Positions 12,303 through 26,066 of a stretch of 64,000 nt of DNA are shown here, one piece after another. A model generated the notes under the pieces. The model saw only the letters and a list, made by a program, of their open reading frames with translations. It ran no database searches and was not told the DNA's origin. This DNA comes from Callorhinchus milii. Lineage: Eukaryota. The number at the start of each line of letters is the position of its first letter. The first letter of the stretch is position 1. Made by a program: the position numbers and the translations under genes. The stretch lies in NCBI RefSeq assembly GCF_018977255.1, contig NW_024704743.1, positions 64,916,001 to 64,980,000 on the forward strand, read 5' to 3'.

Positions 12303-15002
12303 CTGTATTGTAGGTGAACACAAAGGTCAGTTTGCATACAGTGTAGTCACACAAAACAAACTTGAATCGCATGCAAAAGGAACCAAATGCTTTGGACACC
12401 AGATTGCTAAGATGCTCCTCTCCAGACCAACACATTTTAACTCCCTTAGGCACCTACCCAAACTATCACCAGGCTTTCCTTCTGCAGGAAGGCCTGATTA
12501 CCTCATTGTAGGGCACCCCTCCAAGGTCACTAAAGGATGCTGCAGTGGAAAGGCAGGTACCCAGTTTGTGAACTGGGTCTAAGCTCAGGTCTTTAGGAGC
12601 CAGTGAGCTAACATTGCCCATTGTTGCCCAGCTGTGTGCCCTCAATAGAGGAAGCTGGATCCTTGCTCAGACCTTGCATGCAACCCATCTCCATTACAGT
12701 ATTATTACTCTTATCTTTCCATCTTCCACCAAAATGTCTGATAGCATGAAGATAATGTAAACATCAATGTTACTCGACAGTGCCTGTATGAGTGGCAGTG
12801 TAATTTTGGATTTCTGCTTAGCAGAAATAATTTTCTTCAAAAATGGCTTTTCTGAGTCTTGGCCTAACACAAACTAAACTGGGATCCTGTAATTAGGCTT
12901 GGGGAAACTGTCTTCCCACATTTACAAACAGCCTCCTCAAATGTTCACACTCATACAACTTCCTACTGTACTTTAGTATAGCAGATCTCCATAACGTAGT
13001 GGAAGAAAAATTCCACCCTGTCTGCATGAGTTAAAGCACCCCATTAATACAGGTTGAAACATTTTAATGGAGTGATTTACTCACATTATGATTGCTTGGC
13101 TAATTCCACCTCCATGAGGGAAAAAAGTTTGCATATTTTCTAGGGTCATCATTTTTCAAATGTAAACATTCTTTCTGAAGTTGGATGCTGAGGCAATTTT
13201 GAAACCAGATTGAAGGCAACTTTGCTCTGCATCTGAGTGAGTTCAATCTGATTTGGGAATGCAACATGCTCCATCCCCCAACACTATCTTCACAAGAACA
13301 AATATTTTATGAAGAATGGATTGTATACTTATTAGCATGTCCTGATTCATCAGTATCAGAAACATAGGAAGCAAAAAGCTTGGTTCAGTTGATAGCACTT
13401 TTCTCTTTGAATCAAAAGCTTGTCAGTTGAAGGCCCACGTCAGGGACTTTGAGTTCACACTCCAATGCAATTTGTGAAGTGCTCTGTTGTCAGAGGTGCT
13501 GTCCTTCAAATGAGATATTAAACAAGTCTCATCTGCCTGGTTAGATAGACTAACCCATAAATAGTCACAGAATTTATTATATGGTGCTTCAAGACAATTT
13601 GATGTTATATCAAATGCATTATGTTGGATCAGTTGGTTGGGCACTTACTTACCTTGGGACCAAAACATGCTGGGTTCCGATTCCATTGGTCCAATCATCC
13701 CTTCAGCCAGGCAAGGCTGAAATAATCTAAGGTCCTGCATAGAGCTGGCCATATACTGTGTTGTGTGATTGACATCTCTTTCAACATGGCTCAAGAGGCA
13801 ATGTTGAAGCCATTTTATATAAAAGTTCCTGTTGGAAAATGATGAAGTTATGCTTCAGCGAAATGGTACTACAACCTACACCCCCAGTTTTACCACTGGA
13901 GCAGAACTTCATGACATCACAAGGTCTTAGCCTACAGCATTTGTTTCTACACCATCCCAAAACATAATATAATCCTTGCTTTTACGATAGTGCCTTTCAC
14001 ATCAGGGTGTCTAAGTGCTTCACAGAATATACTGTAAAGTGTAGTGACCGTATTTTGTTGACAATGTAGCAGGCAATTTGTGCACAGCAATGTTCCACAA
14101 GTAACCGTGAAGAGAGCAACCAATTTTATTTGGGGGATTGTTGACCAGGCAACTGGGAGAAACTCGCTCAAATTTTTTTTAATAGTGCCATGAGATCTTG
14201 GTAGCTCCTACCTGAACAGATTACAACTTTTTCTCTTGTTTTCCTATGCATCAACAAGCTCAGATAAATATTTTATACAACATATTACTTAGATGCATAC
14301 ATCAAAGGAATGAACATGTAACCTGTGCTGTGTGAGTCAACATTTTGTTAAAATACTTAATCAGTCAATGACTAATAACATCAATCGATCCTTAACTTAA
14401 TACACTCCTTACACAATGATTGGGCTTTAAGCCAGATGGGATAGCTGGAACAGTTAATGGGAAACTGTCTAATTTTTTAAAAAAATCTTAATCTAAACTG
14501 GCATCCTGCTAACACCATACCATAAACGAACAGTCAAAAATGTGGCATGGCTGGATTTAAACAATACAAAATTAATTTATATAATGTCTTTCATGTCGGG
14601 AGAACAACAACAAAATTACATTATATAGCACCTTTCACATTGGGAGGATGCCCCAACACAAGGCGAGGAGCAGACCTGGCTTGGTAACTGAGCTAGGATT
14701 GAGAGTCAAGGGGGTGTGGAGAGAAGAAAAAAAGATTGAAGATGCGAACAAAGAAGCAGATCTTGAGGTTGAACAAGGTGAGAGGGAACAGGTCAGAGTT
14801 CCAGAGACTGAGGGCAGATTGGCTGAAAGCCCAACTAATTATGGGGATGAGGGTAGGGCAGTGACGTGAAGCAGGCTGGTGCCCACTGGACCCAACCATG
14901 TGTATGTGTGTGGGGAGCGTTCACACCGGTCTTTAGTTATTGACAGCATGGAATATTCAACAATGTGTTCATTAACATCAACAATTAAAATTTTCACCCC
15001 CG

Positions 15003-15822
15003 AACAACAAGATTACATTTGTATAGCGCCTTTCACGTCGGGAGGATGTCCCAAGGCGCTGGACAGTGGCAGCATTTCAGACCCGAGATGGGGTCAGGGG
15101 GGGGAGAAGAGAAAGGGGTTGGCTGATGGCATGGTCGAAGAGGGTCTTGAGGCGGGACTTGAAGGAGGGGGCGAGGTGGAGTGATTGGGGGATGGAATTC
15201 CAGAGGTTGGGGGCAGAGTGGCTGAAGGCTCTCCCGACAATGGTGGGGCGGGTGGGTCGGGGTACGTGGAGCAGGCCAGAGCCGGCTGAGCGGAGGGAAC
15301 GGGCGGGTTGGTAGGGGGTTAGAAAGTCACAGAGGTAGGGTGGGGTGAAGCCAATGAGGGCTTTGTAGGTGAGGACCAGGATCTTGAACTGGATCCTCTG
15401 AAGGATAGGGAGCCAATGGAGTCGGGTGAGAATGGGGTAAATGGAGTCACATAATTTGGTGCGGGAGAGGACACGGGCTGCAGAGTTCTGGATTATCTGC
15501 AGCCTGTGGAAGGAGGAATTGGGAAGGCCGACAAGCAGGGCGTTTGCATAGTCGAGCCTGGAGGTGATGAAGGCATGAACCACAGTTTCAGCGGCCTGAG
15601 GGGTGAGGTAGTGGCGGAGTCAGGCGATGTTACGGAGGTGAGGGAAGACAGAGCGGGTCATGGTTTGGACGTGGGGAAGAAGACAGTTGAGGGTCGAACA
15701 AGACACCAGGTTCCTGTCTGGCTGGTGAGTTGTAGTGTGCAACCATGGAGGTTGATGCTGCCAGAGCCTGAGGTGCAGAGGCGCTGGCGCGAGCCAATCA
15801 GGAGGGCCTCAGTCTTGTTCAC
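15003..15822 (-). mobile_element. L2 LINE 3' fragment with (ttg)n tail
   Basis: VHAFITSRLDYANALLVGLP...LHWLPI...FKILVL...GRAFS...LWNSIP. Confidence 0.92.
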
Positions 15823-15849
15823 GTAAAAAGTATCAATAAATTTTACATA

Positions 15850-16027
15850 CAGTAAACTCCTAATAACTTGACCTTGGCTTAACGTGTCATTACCACTTAA
15901 GTCATTATGCTATCAATATCCTGGCCGCATTTATTTAAGTCTTTGTACATATACTTAACTCGCAACTCCAGACAACTTGTTACCAAGCCATTTTTCTTTG
16001 GATTGACGGATTATCCGGAGTTTGCTA
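15850..16027. mobile_element. Tigger-like MITE; related copy at 44844-45518
   Basis: ta-cagtaaactcc ... ggagtttgcta-ta imperfect TIRs; shared 5' sequence with the 44844 copy. Confidence 0.55.
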
Positions 16028-16343
16028 TACTTTGTTATTTTGGTACATTTTGCAACAAAGGACTGGTTTTAGTTCATTAGAGGCAATTGTTAAAGGGGTG
16101 AGGTGAGGAAGGAGAGTCTGTAAGATGTGCATTAAACACAATGCAGACATAATCCTCGTCATATTTATATCGCCTGTAAAAAATACATTTCTATAGGCTT
16201 GTATGACTTGCCATTTGGTGATTCTCCAGCAAATGGCAGTTGGAAAATGAAATCACAAAACAATGGTTGTTAACAGAGAATAAAGGAAGAGTCTTAATAA
16301 GACCTGAACTAAGTTGTTGTAAATGAATAACTTTGCATTAATG

Positions 16344-16349
16344 TTTATT
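16344..16349 (-). terminator. Candidate distal GRB10 polyadenylation signal (AATAAA on -)
   Basis: tttatt on +; ends a long unique stretch that is U-rich on -, with U-rich sequence beyond it. Confidence 0.45.
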
Positions 16350-18039
16350 TCTAATTACAATAAACAGAATATATCAGTCCCTTATTTATACAAAAATACC
16401 TGAACGGTTACAATTAAGTTCACAAGCCTTACAGCTATTTACATTAAGAAGCAAAGCATATCATGAATACAGATTTTCATTTAAAAAGTTAATACCTTCA
16501 GCATTCCCTGAAAAAGGTTTGCTTTATTCCATTTCATAGTAATCAGTTTTTGCATTGTGACAAATTTAATTTGTGATAAGCAAAGTCCTACCACTGGAAA
16601 AGGTGCATTGATTGGTCAAATAGTTAGTTACATCTTAGTGCAGAAAACAATGAAAAACAGTCACATACAAACTGAAGCATTACCTGTTTTCAGTTTGAGT
16701 GATGAATTAGCTTACTGTTAACTGTAGACATCTAAGTCAATGTAGATGTTAATAATCAAAAATGTTTGGTATTTCCTTCTTAAGCCAAACATGATATGCT
16801 ACATAAAAAGCAATTTTCTTTTCACAGCCAAGAAAAAAAAATCAACAGGCTTCATCAAACCCTGAGAGTCCCCTTTTACTGTACATTCATATCACTTAAA
16901 TACAAAAATAAAATAAAATAATTCAGTCATTGGCTTATGCATTGACAGCCGGCTGAACCTGGTAGGACCCAGTACAATTTAAGACCCTGCCAGAATTTTA
17001 ATAGAGGAACTCAGGCAAGCTGGCAATGAGAATATATTTAATGGTATGCACCTTATCTGCTGTACTAGTGAATGACTAATTGATGAGTAACTAATGAACG
17101 TTCAAACCATCAGATACCACCTCATGTTAAGGTATCTGAAACATCTTCTTTCTATCAATTTAATATAATTTACATTCATAAATATGCAAAAAGATGCAAT
17201 ACTGATTAAAAAATCTGGGTAAATGCTATTACAGATATGGTACCTGGAACCCTGTAACAAAAATATTCAGTAGAACACCTGTAGAATATCGATTTTTGGA
17301 TTCAGTGATATCTTAATGTTAAAATCTCAAGGTTTCAGACTTTACCATTCCTGCACATCTGCAATGGCTGTATAATTAAAGTCAATTAATTCAAAAAAGC
17401 TTGCTTGTATGTGTGGGGGATACATTAGGCAACAACTCCTTTTATTAAAAAAGAGAGAGCCATTTTGTAACAAATACAAAGAAAAACATGAAAACCATTA
17501 CTTGTAATAAAAGATAGTGTATACAAAGCTCTAAAACTCCAATAGGGTTTCACCTTCAATATGCTGACAAATTCTGAAGGTAAATCTATAAAACAAATAC
17601 TAACTGAAATTGTCATTTGTAAACTAAAGGTTCTGCTTCTACACATCCCCCCAACTTAAAACAGGGCTGTTACAATAATTGCACTGCATCAGAATTGCAT
17701 ATGGAAACTAAGCAGTAAATTCCAGTGCACTCTGATACAAAATAAATTGTAAAAGTATCTTACAACAAACGATATCACAACAACCCTGCTTTAAAAATAG
17801 GTTCAGTATATTTCTGTGTAAAATTATTCTAACAAAAGATTTTTTGTTAGTGAACATGTGCAAACTAAAAAACATGTTTTACTGCTGTGAACCAATGAAA
17901 TTAGGTCATGAATCAACAAACAAATGATCAACATTGCCAGAATTGGGCAGTGCCGTTACCGAGCAAACAAACCTCCTGTTTTGTGGTTAATTTAAATTTT
18001 GAGTCAAACATCTGAAAAAGGAAATATTATTTATCGTTA

Positions 18040-19590
18040 AACAACAACAAAATTAGATTTGTAAAGCGCCTTTCACATCAGGAGGACGTCCCAAGGCGCT
18101 GAACAGTCGGGGATCAGGACCTGAGCATGGGGGGCCAGTGGTTGGGGTGAGGAAGGGCAGAGAGGTAGGAGGGCGGCTGAAGGCACGGTTGAAAAGGAGG
18201 GTCTTGAGTCGTGCCTTAAAGAAGGCAAGAGAGGGAGCAAGGCAAAGGGATTGTGGGATGGAGTTCCTAAGAGTAGGGACAGAGAGGTTGAAAGCCCGGC
18301 CACCGATGGTAGGGCAGGTCGGGCTGAAGACCTGGAGCAGGCTGGAGCCTGCTGAACGGAGGCAGCGGGCAGGTTGATAGGAGGTCAGAAAGGTAGGCGG
18401 TGGCAAAGCTGTGGAAGGCCTTGAAAATGAGGACGAGGATTTTGAATTCTATCCTCTGAGGGATGGGGAGCCAGTGAAGCTGGGCGAGGGTGGGGTGATG
18501 GGGTCACGGCACCTGGTACGGGAGTGGACACGAGCTGCAGAATGATCTGTAGCTTTTGAGGGAAGAGTTGGGGAGGCCGAGAAGGAGAGAGTTTCTGTAG
18601 TCGAGCCTTGAGGTGATGAATGTGTGTATGAGGGTTTCGGCGGCCTGAAAAGTGAGGCAGTGGCAGAGTTGGGCAATGTTGCAGAGGTGGGGAAAGGCAG
18701 AGCGGGTCATGGCACTGATGTGGGGGAGAAAGGACAGTTGAGGGTCGAACAAGTACTCAGGTTCCTTACTGGCTTGGTGAGGTGGAACGTGCATCCCTGG
18801 ATGCTGATGCTGCCATTGCCTGAGGTGTGGAGGCGCTGACACGAGCCAATCAGGAGAGCCTCAGTCTTGCTGACATTAAGCTATAGAAAGTTGGCTCTCA
18901 TCCAGGACTTGCTGTCTGACAGAAAGTCTGCCAGGATGTCAGCTGTCCTGGAATTGAGGGTGGAGGCAGGGAGATAAGAGTTGTGTGTCATCTGGATACA
19001 TGTGGAAGTTGACTCCATGTCTGCAGATGATGTAACCAAGATGAAGCATGCAGAGATTGAAGATGAGGGAACCGAGGATAAAGCCCCGAGGAACATCACA
19101 CAAGATTGTGCGGGGGCTGGAAGAGAAACTGCTGGCGGAGACAAATTGGTGCGAGAGATAAGACCTGAACCATTCAAGGACAGAACCTTGAAGGTTGAGG
19201 TAAGAGGAGAGGCGGTGGAGGAGGGTGAAGTCGTCCACAGTATCAAAGACAGCAGAGGGAGTCCTGGTCACAATGGACAGGTCACCATGACCAGTTTCAA
19301 GGTTTCAAGAAACCCAATTGGAGGGGCTCATGAGGGAGTGGTAGGAGAGGAAGGAACGAACCTGGGAAGCAACAACTCCTCAAGGACCTTGGAAAAAAGG
19401 GGAGGTTGGAGATGGGCTGGTATTTAGAAGGCAGGGATGGATCCAGGGAAGGTTTTTTCAGGATGGGGGTGATCATAGCTGTTTTTAGGGGTATGGGAAT
19501 GGTGCCAGATGAAAGGGAGATTGATGGTGTTTGAGTAGAGGGGCGAGGAGGTGGAGCTGAGAGGTAAGGAGAGGAGTGGGGATGCGATCA
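18040..19590 (-). mobile_element. L2 LINE ORF2 3' portion, degenerate
   Basis: SAVFDTVD, DVPRGFILG, FHMYPDDTQL, ITSRLDY, GGRAF; (ttg)n tail at 18040. Confidence 0.92.
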
Positions 19591-19687
19591 AGACTCAGTT
19601 CATCAACAAAACATCCCAGGTTGTTTAGACATGGACTGGAAGGTTTTTCGTTTGAATCCTGGTGGGCCTGATGAACCCTTTGAGGTT

Positions 19688-19880
19688 AATAATAATAATC
19701 CTTGCATTTGATATAGCATTTTCACATCTTCCAGACGTCTCAAAGCGCTTCACAGAATACACTGCAAAGTATCTGCGAAACGCGACAGCCAACTGCGCAC
19801 AGCAGTGTCCCACAGTCACGGACTGAAAATGACCAATTTATTATTGTCTTTGTTTTTTGGAGGGATTATTATTAGTCCTG
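19688..19880 (-). mobile_element. 5'-truncated Deu SINE (subfamily A-like)
   Basis: aataataatccttgcatttgatatagc tail; gcgcacagcagtgtcccac core. Confidence 0.85.
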
Positions 19881-20956
19881 TGGAATAAATAATAAAGTGA
19901 TTGACCTCAAAAATATCCCCAGGGCGGGGCTGGTGAGGTATCTTATACAACAAGCTGGTCTCTGGGGACTGAACTGCAAGGCAATTGAAATTATACAAGC
20001 CCTCAACCCTACTAGTTAAAGTTCAAACTGCTAGCCCATGCTGATTGGCTATCAGTTTTTTCTCCATATAATAGGCTAACGCTGAGAAACCAAAGTGTTG
20101 ACCTAAGATGCTTATTACAGATTTGCACAACTCGTGGTCTTAACTTTTTTTATATCAACATGCGTCTGAATCTAACATAGTATTCGGTTAGTGTGTGACA
20201 AATGCAAATAAAAATAATTTAAATTTAATAAGACTGTAAATTCACAATTTGATTTAAATGCATTAATTCACAGCAGCAAAATGCAATATTTATGTAATAA
20301 AAAAGGGAAAACAATGTGTGTTGGATCTGCATTCTTTCTCTTTACCCTATGATTAGAGTTCAGACACGATATATGGTGGTAGGTTATTGTCCAAAAGAAG
20401 CAGTCCTATGACTTGTGCTATTCCATCATAATGCACCTACATTGGAGCATTATGTACAATAGGCTGTGCTCAGGACTTAAAAAGAAACATTAAGTGCTGT
20501 ACGAAATTAAATGTCTCCTCAGTGACAAGCTGTCAACTTTTTCCTTTTGTGAATGAACCGAATTACCCACTTAAAAATACTAAGTCACCTGTCTTCAATT
20601 TATGTATCAAGATTATTCCAGAGCAGGAGCAATTGTCAAGTTTTTTTTGCCATCATAAATATCAGCTTGAAGATCTTTGAGTTGATTGTACAAAGTGACA
20701 GCATGGAAACATGTAAGACACTCAACTGCTCCATCCATTTTCTTCTTCTGTATTGCTACTGTTTTTGTTATGAACAGCAAGCAATCAATCTTAGTGTATT
20801 CAGTCCTGGACATATGCCTTTAGTACTGATTTTCACAGATCTGGTGAAGAACAGAATTGTCTAATTTCCCCCCCAAAATGCACAACTGATGCAAAGAATC
20901 AAACAGAAATTCCAGTCTCCTGTGGATAATTCCAAAGAGTAAACAGATATCAAAGG

Positions 20957-21103
20957 TCATAAGGAAACCTGGGAACAGTGATGCTTCAGTTTGCAAGGTA
21001 GGATTCCTCGGTTCAGAAGGTAAAATTCAACAAGCTGTATAAGATCACAAAATTTGGTATTGCCGTCATCAAGACTAAAGACGAGCTGTCCATTGTCTTC
21101 ACT
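20957..21103 (-). CDS. GRB10: GRB10 last coding exon (SH2 C-terminus): [48 protein letters not shown]
   Basis: ctttag|agt; [10 protein letters not shown] and KLKHHC are GRB10-type rather than GRB14; TGA at 20959-20957. Confidence 0.95.
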   Translation of the reverse strand, partial: SEDNGQLVFSLDDGNTKFCDLIQLVEFYLLNRGILPCKLKHHCSQVSL

Positions 21104-22079
21104 CTAAAGAAAAAAAAAGTTTTTGAGCAAAGTATAACATGTAAGTTAGTTAAAATCACAAATATTAAATTGGCACTAACAAAATAAAGACAAGATATGC
21201 CCAATTTGGATTCGTTCACAAGAAATAAAGCACTACAAAATGCAAACATGTTATGCTACAACTGCTCTTTTAAAAGAACTGGCACAGACACAATGGTTTG
21301 AATGGTCTCTTTCTGTACTGTATGATTCTATGAACTGCAAATTACTATACTCAGTATCTGACAACATAACTAATATCCTCATGACATCATTTAAGGTCAG
21401 CTGTCTTTGGTATATTTCTTTTTAATGTACAGAAGTTATAACTACTAATCCACTGTCAAGACAAGGGTGAACATACTAACAAGGAAGGCAAGCTCACATT
21501 ACATACATCAAATGTAAACTTAGGGTGATTTTAAAAAGCATAAATGAGAAGATTGTTTTGGTTCATCAAGATCACTTTTTCCAGTGCATGAACATTATGT
21601 CTTATAATCAGCTTTTCTTTCTGAATTCAATCCTGAGGGAAAATACTCTGTAAAAACTTTCATTCCCCAAAAAGTACACTCATTGCAACATCGACTCTAT
21701 TCAAACATAGTGTTACAAAAAGAATTCCTCCCCCAACCCCAGCATCCCAGAGTAATCTTTATACACATCAGTCTTTATATTTCCAACTAATGTTCTCAAC
21801 CAGATATTTATCAGCATCATATTGAAGGTCCAACAGTTTGCATTGGAAACCTGTTCATCATCATTGAGAACAGAACAATTTATGTTTACTGTTCATGTCA
21901 GGAGGACATCTCACAGCACTTCACATAGCTGAGTGGAAGGTGAGAAGATGGCTAAAAATGTGGTCGATCAATCTTAAGGTGGGTTTTGAATGTAGGGAGA
22001 ATGACGTTCAAGTAAGACAAGAGATTAGAATGTCTTGAAGATAGTTAATTTTACACTTGTACTGTCTGGCTCTGCATGC

Positions 22080-22530
22080 AGTGGCCAAGGCAATTAATTC
22101 GCTTAATTTGCCAAAATTTGCAAATGACACCAAGGATATTCCATGGAATCTGAGGAGACACCCAAGGTCTTTCAAAGAAGGCTCAATATTGTATATTACC
22201 TAGGAAAACAGAGTTTAATGCAACAATAATCGAGTCTCCTGCATCTTGTAAGTAAAAATAGGAGGCATATGTACTCACTTGATGGGCTACAAGATGCCAT
22301 GGGAAAAGTTAAAAGACATAGGATGGTGATTGACTCATTACTTACCATGTTCAAACGGTATGAGGCAACAATAAAACAGAGTACAGGATGCTGGACTACT
22401 TTCTGAAACCACTGAATTCAAATTACCAGAAACATTTCAAGCTGTACAGTGCTCTGGTCAGTCTGTTTTTAAGAGTGCTGCATACAATCCCAGTTACCAT
22501 AATACACAGGGTTTGCCAAGGCTCTACAGG
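22080..22530 (+). mobile_element. Old degenerate CR1-like fragment (similar remnant at ~53420-53880)
   Basis: aaatttgcaaatgacaccaag (KFADDTK-like) and ctgtacagtgctctggtcag (LYxALVR-like). Confidence 0.55.
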
Positions 22531-22918
22531 CAATTGTGCTACCAACTGAACCAGGCTCCAGTAAACATTTAAGATAATAAACTGACATTAATAGGAGCCA
22601 CACTGAATAAAGATCAGAATGAAATGCTGCCCAGTCAAATCATAACATAGAATTATCTGGTCACGAGAACTGTCACGTGACTAGATAAATGTTATTACTA
22701 ACTGCATTGGAAAATTCTTTTGTCTGTGCAGCAAGACCCTTTCAGCATTAATCTGGCTAATGAGACTTGATATAGTTGCCAGATACATAGTTCCAGTATT
22801 ACTAGTCAAAAGCACCCAAACAATTTACCATGGAACTTCTAAACTATGAATTTAAAATGCTCAGAAAGGGGAGAATACCATAATGCTTAATATTTTAGAA
22901 ATATAATTGAAAACTTAC

Positions 22919-23012
22919 TGGTAATATCTGGAAATGCCTGATCTTCTGTTGACAGTACAATGTTAGTACAAATGTCTTTGGGTTACTCTGACTGTCCCTC
23001 AAAAGAAATAAC
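22919..23012 (-). CDS. GRB10: GRB10 exon, 94 nt (SH2 core): (G)[31 protein letters not shown]
   Basis: cacag|g...cca|gtaag; FLLRDS pTyr-binding motif. Confidence 0.96.
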
Positions 23013-25299
23013 CTGTGAGAACAAAGTCAAAATCTGCAATCACTTTTCGAAACTGCGGTTGCACAATGCATATGGGAGGCTGAATGAACTGAGTCAGCTC
23101 CATTAAATTGACGAACATGTCCTCCTTCTGTCAGCGATTAATAAACTGACATAGTTAAAATTTTTAGACTAGAATAAAACCACTCTGGATTAAGCAAATA
23201 TTTCTGTTCTAAACATTAGTTATTCTCAAGTTCAACTCTTTTGGTTTCTTAAGCACTGTCCAATAAGGATAACAGCACAGTACTTGTCTAGCTGGGACCA
23301 CCCTACCCAATAAGGCTTTGGTTTGCAGCGGTGAAGACTATTTAAATAATTAACATTTAAACAAGATATGCATTAAAAAACTATAATTTTCAGGTACAAC
23401 CTGAACTGTTAGTTATGGAAGTTAAATAAAGCTGTCAGCTTTAATTGATTAAACATAAATATCTGTCAGAAAGATAAGGTAATCATCTGATATTAATGGC
23501 CAGAAATGCAAAATATAAAATTGTGCTTTCAATATTTCACTCAAACTAGTTTTTATTTTAAAGCTGTAGTTATGTAGTCCCATCACAGTTTCTACAATTA
23601 CTGAGTTTAAAAAGGAAATTTTTAAAAAATAAAATTAGAAAATCCTGGAAATACACAGCAAGTCAATTAACATGATAAACAAAAGTATGGGTTTATGTTG
23701 GGGCAGAAATATCTGGTAAGAAAAAAAGCATTTTAATCTGGCAATTTTGTTCCAATGACTGTTAGAGGTAGTGGTCCTGGGAGGAAAGAGGGAATGGTTA
23801 CGCACATGCAAAGACCATCGGTGGCTGGTCAGGAGCAATTGGCATAAGAGGAGGTCAATGGCAAGTTTAACTACAGGGCCTGTTTTTCAGCAGCCTGTAA
23901 TGGCTGTAAAGCGGCTGCCAATAGTCTTGTAATATAACCCTTAAAAAACATTGTGTGGAAGTTAAAACATTCAAATCCACTAATGAATGGATCTGCATGC
24001 ACAGGGAGGCAGCTAATGGGTCATTCACAAATCAATACAGAAAAAAAAGTATTGTACATAATAGCGTCAAAATTGGTCAAGATACAGGCTACAATTTACA
24101 GTATGACAACTCATTTGTATTTTCTTAGATTGGTACCTATAATAGATCAGTGAATATGTGAATTTCCACTTCAGACTCACCCAATTTTTGAGACAAGAAA
24201 ATTTGGTTAGTTTTAAATTTAATTTAAGGGGCATTGTTCACATTAAACAACCTTGCACAAAAACGATCCCAATGGAAAGTGTTATAACAAAGAATTTTTT
24301 GTTCATCCACGTGAAGAAAGTTGGTACTATCAAATGGAACTATTCACAGATTCAAACATTCTCAGAACATGGCAGAGGTTGGACGTAGAGTAATCCTCCT
24401 TTTCTAATGTAACAGTGTGCCACAGCTTCAATCTCAGAACACCTCCACCTCACCAGTATGACTTTTTTTTAATTTCCCACACCATTGTATGACTCCTCTA
24501 AGTGAGATTAATTTTGGACAGCATTATGCTGAGCACACACTTGTGAAGAAAATTTGTTGAAGTTCCCTCTTACTAATTTCATAAAGGACTCGGACAGGAA
24601 TGCCAAGAAAGCCAACAGACAGAAAGACTTTGCTTTCCATAAGTCTGGTCAGATTTGAACACAGATTCCAGAGGTGCACTACCAAAACCCCAAAGATTAT
24701 ATTATAGTACTTTAGTTACGTCACAGTAAAACAATTACTGGCAAAACAAAAAGGAAATGCTTAACAGCAAAAAGCACGGTTTTATACCCCTGAGCTAGAC
24801 AAACTATATAAAATACTGGATTAATTGTATATTGAATGTATACTTTTACTGTAACATGGAAAACTTTAGTTCAATCCTTATACGTTTACAGATTATAGAC
24901 ATTAAAACTGGGAGATGTGCAATACTTGTCCATTAGAACTGGGTAACCCAATTTGGGTTTACGGCTGAGGACATGCCTACTTCAAGCTTTATTGATGAGC
25001 CAAGACAGCTATCAACGCTTTCTGGGATTACTTTAAGTATGCCTGTTTTCTACCCGAGATACCTCCTCAGTGCCAATAAATCTCAGGGAAACCTTGCTTA
25101 CCTTGCTTCCTTCTTCGTGCCCCTCCCCCCAGACCTTTTTGTGACAACATACTCATCATATCAACCTCAATAGGGCATGAGACTGCATGGAGTCAGAGAC
25201 AAATCCAGAACTTTTGTGCTCAAACGTCTAGGGTGCTGAATGAAGATATTATGCAAATCACAAAATTATAATGACAAACATTAGACTTTTTCTCCTTAC

Positions 25300-25387
25300 C
25301 CATCCACAGGCCCCTGCTTTTCAATTGTACTGTGAGCCACTTTTCGAGAGATCCTTCCATGAAACCATGGTTGAGTTCTGTGAATGG
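25300..25387 (-). CDS. GRB10: GRB10 exon, 88 nt (SH2 start): [29 protein letters not shown]
   Basis: ctag|cc...gg|gtaag; WFHGRISR motif. Confidence 0.95.
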
Positions 25388-25502
25388 CTAGACAGTTAAG
25401 AAAATTAGTGGGAATTTTTACATTTTAGCCTACATTTTAAGAATAATTAATAGATGAAGAAAGAGTATATTAATAAAAACTTTCAATTTAAATGCAACTT
25501 AC

Positions 25503-25569
25503 TATGACTAAGTGGGGAGGGATGCAAAGGACTAGAACTCCCCAAGGCATTCATCCGTTGGCTACGTTT
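25503..25569 (-). CDS. GRB10: GRB10 exon, 67 nt (BPS C-terminal part): KRSQRMNALGSSSPLHPSPLSH
   Basis: ctacag|aaa...a|gtaagt; matches GRB10 RMNxLGSxSPLHPS. Confidence 0.93.
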
Positions 25570-26066
25570 CTGTAGATAAAACATTTGATACTGAAAAGTC
25601 AATGTCATGTCATTGGAAAAGTTAACTTTTCAGAATTCATTAAACATTTCATCCATTTCAGTGATCCACATTATATATTATAAAAATATTATATATCTCT
25701 CTCCAATAGTCTGGGCGGTGACTCCTGTGTACTGTGGCACTGAACCAAACCAACCAGGACAGTCCCAAGTTTGATCTATTGTCTACACTGATCTGGCCAA
25801 CCTCAGGCTGGAGAGAGAACAGAACTAATAACACAATTATTGACCAGCAAGGTTAGTTTGAAGCCTGTATGCAAGTGGATGGGTAAGACCAGGCAACCAA
25901 GAGTGTCCCCATACTGAATAGCCTTTCAACCTTTTGTTGCCAGGGACTATTTTAGACAAAAATGAACACTTAGGTGAGCAGGTAAATAAATTATGAGGAG
26001 TTTCAGAATAGAATTTGAGGCAATGGTTACAAAGAACATTGTAATTCACGGGTCATTCATCCCAAC

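Noticed and set aside
19660..19700. CTGATGA followed by a small stem, possible hammerhead ribozyme (also 45873, 55170, 61720)
   Set aside because: The required GAAA after stem II and closing stems I/III are absent.
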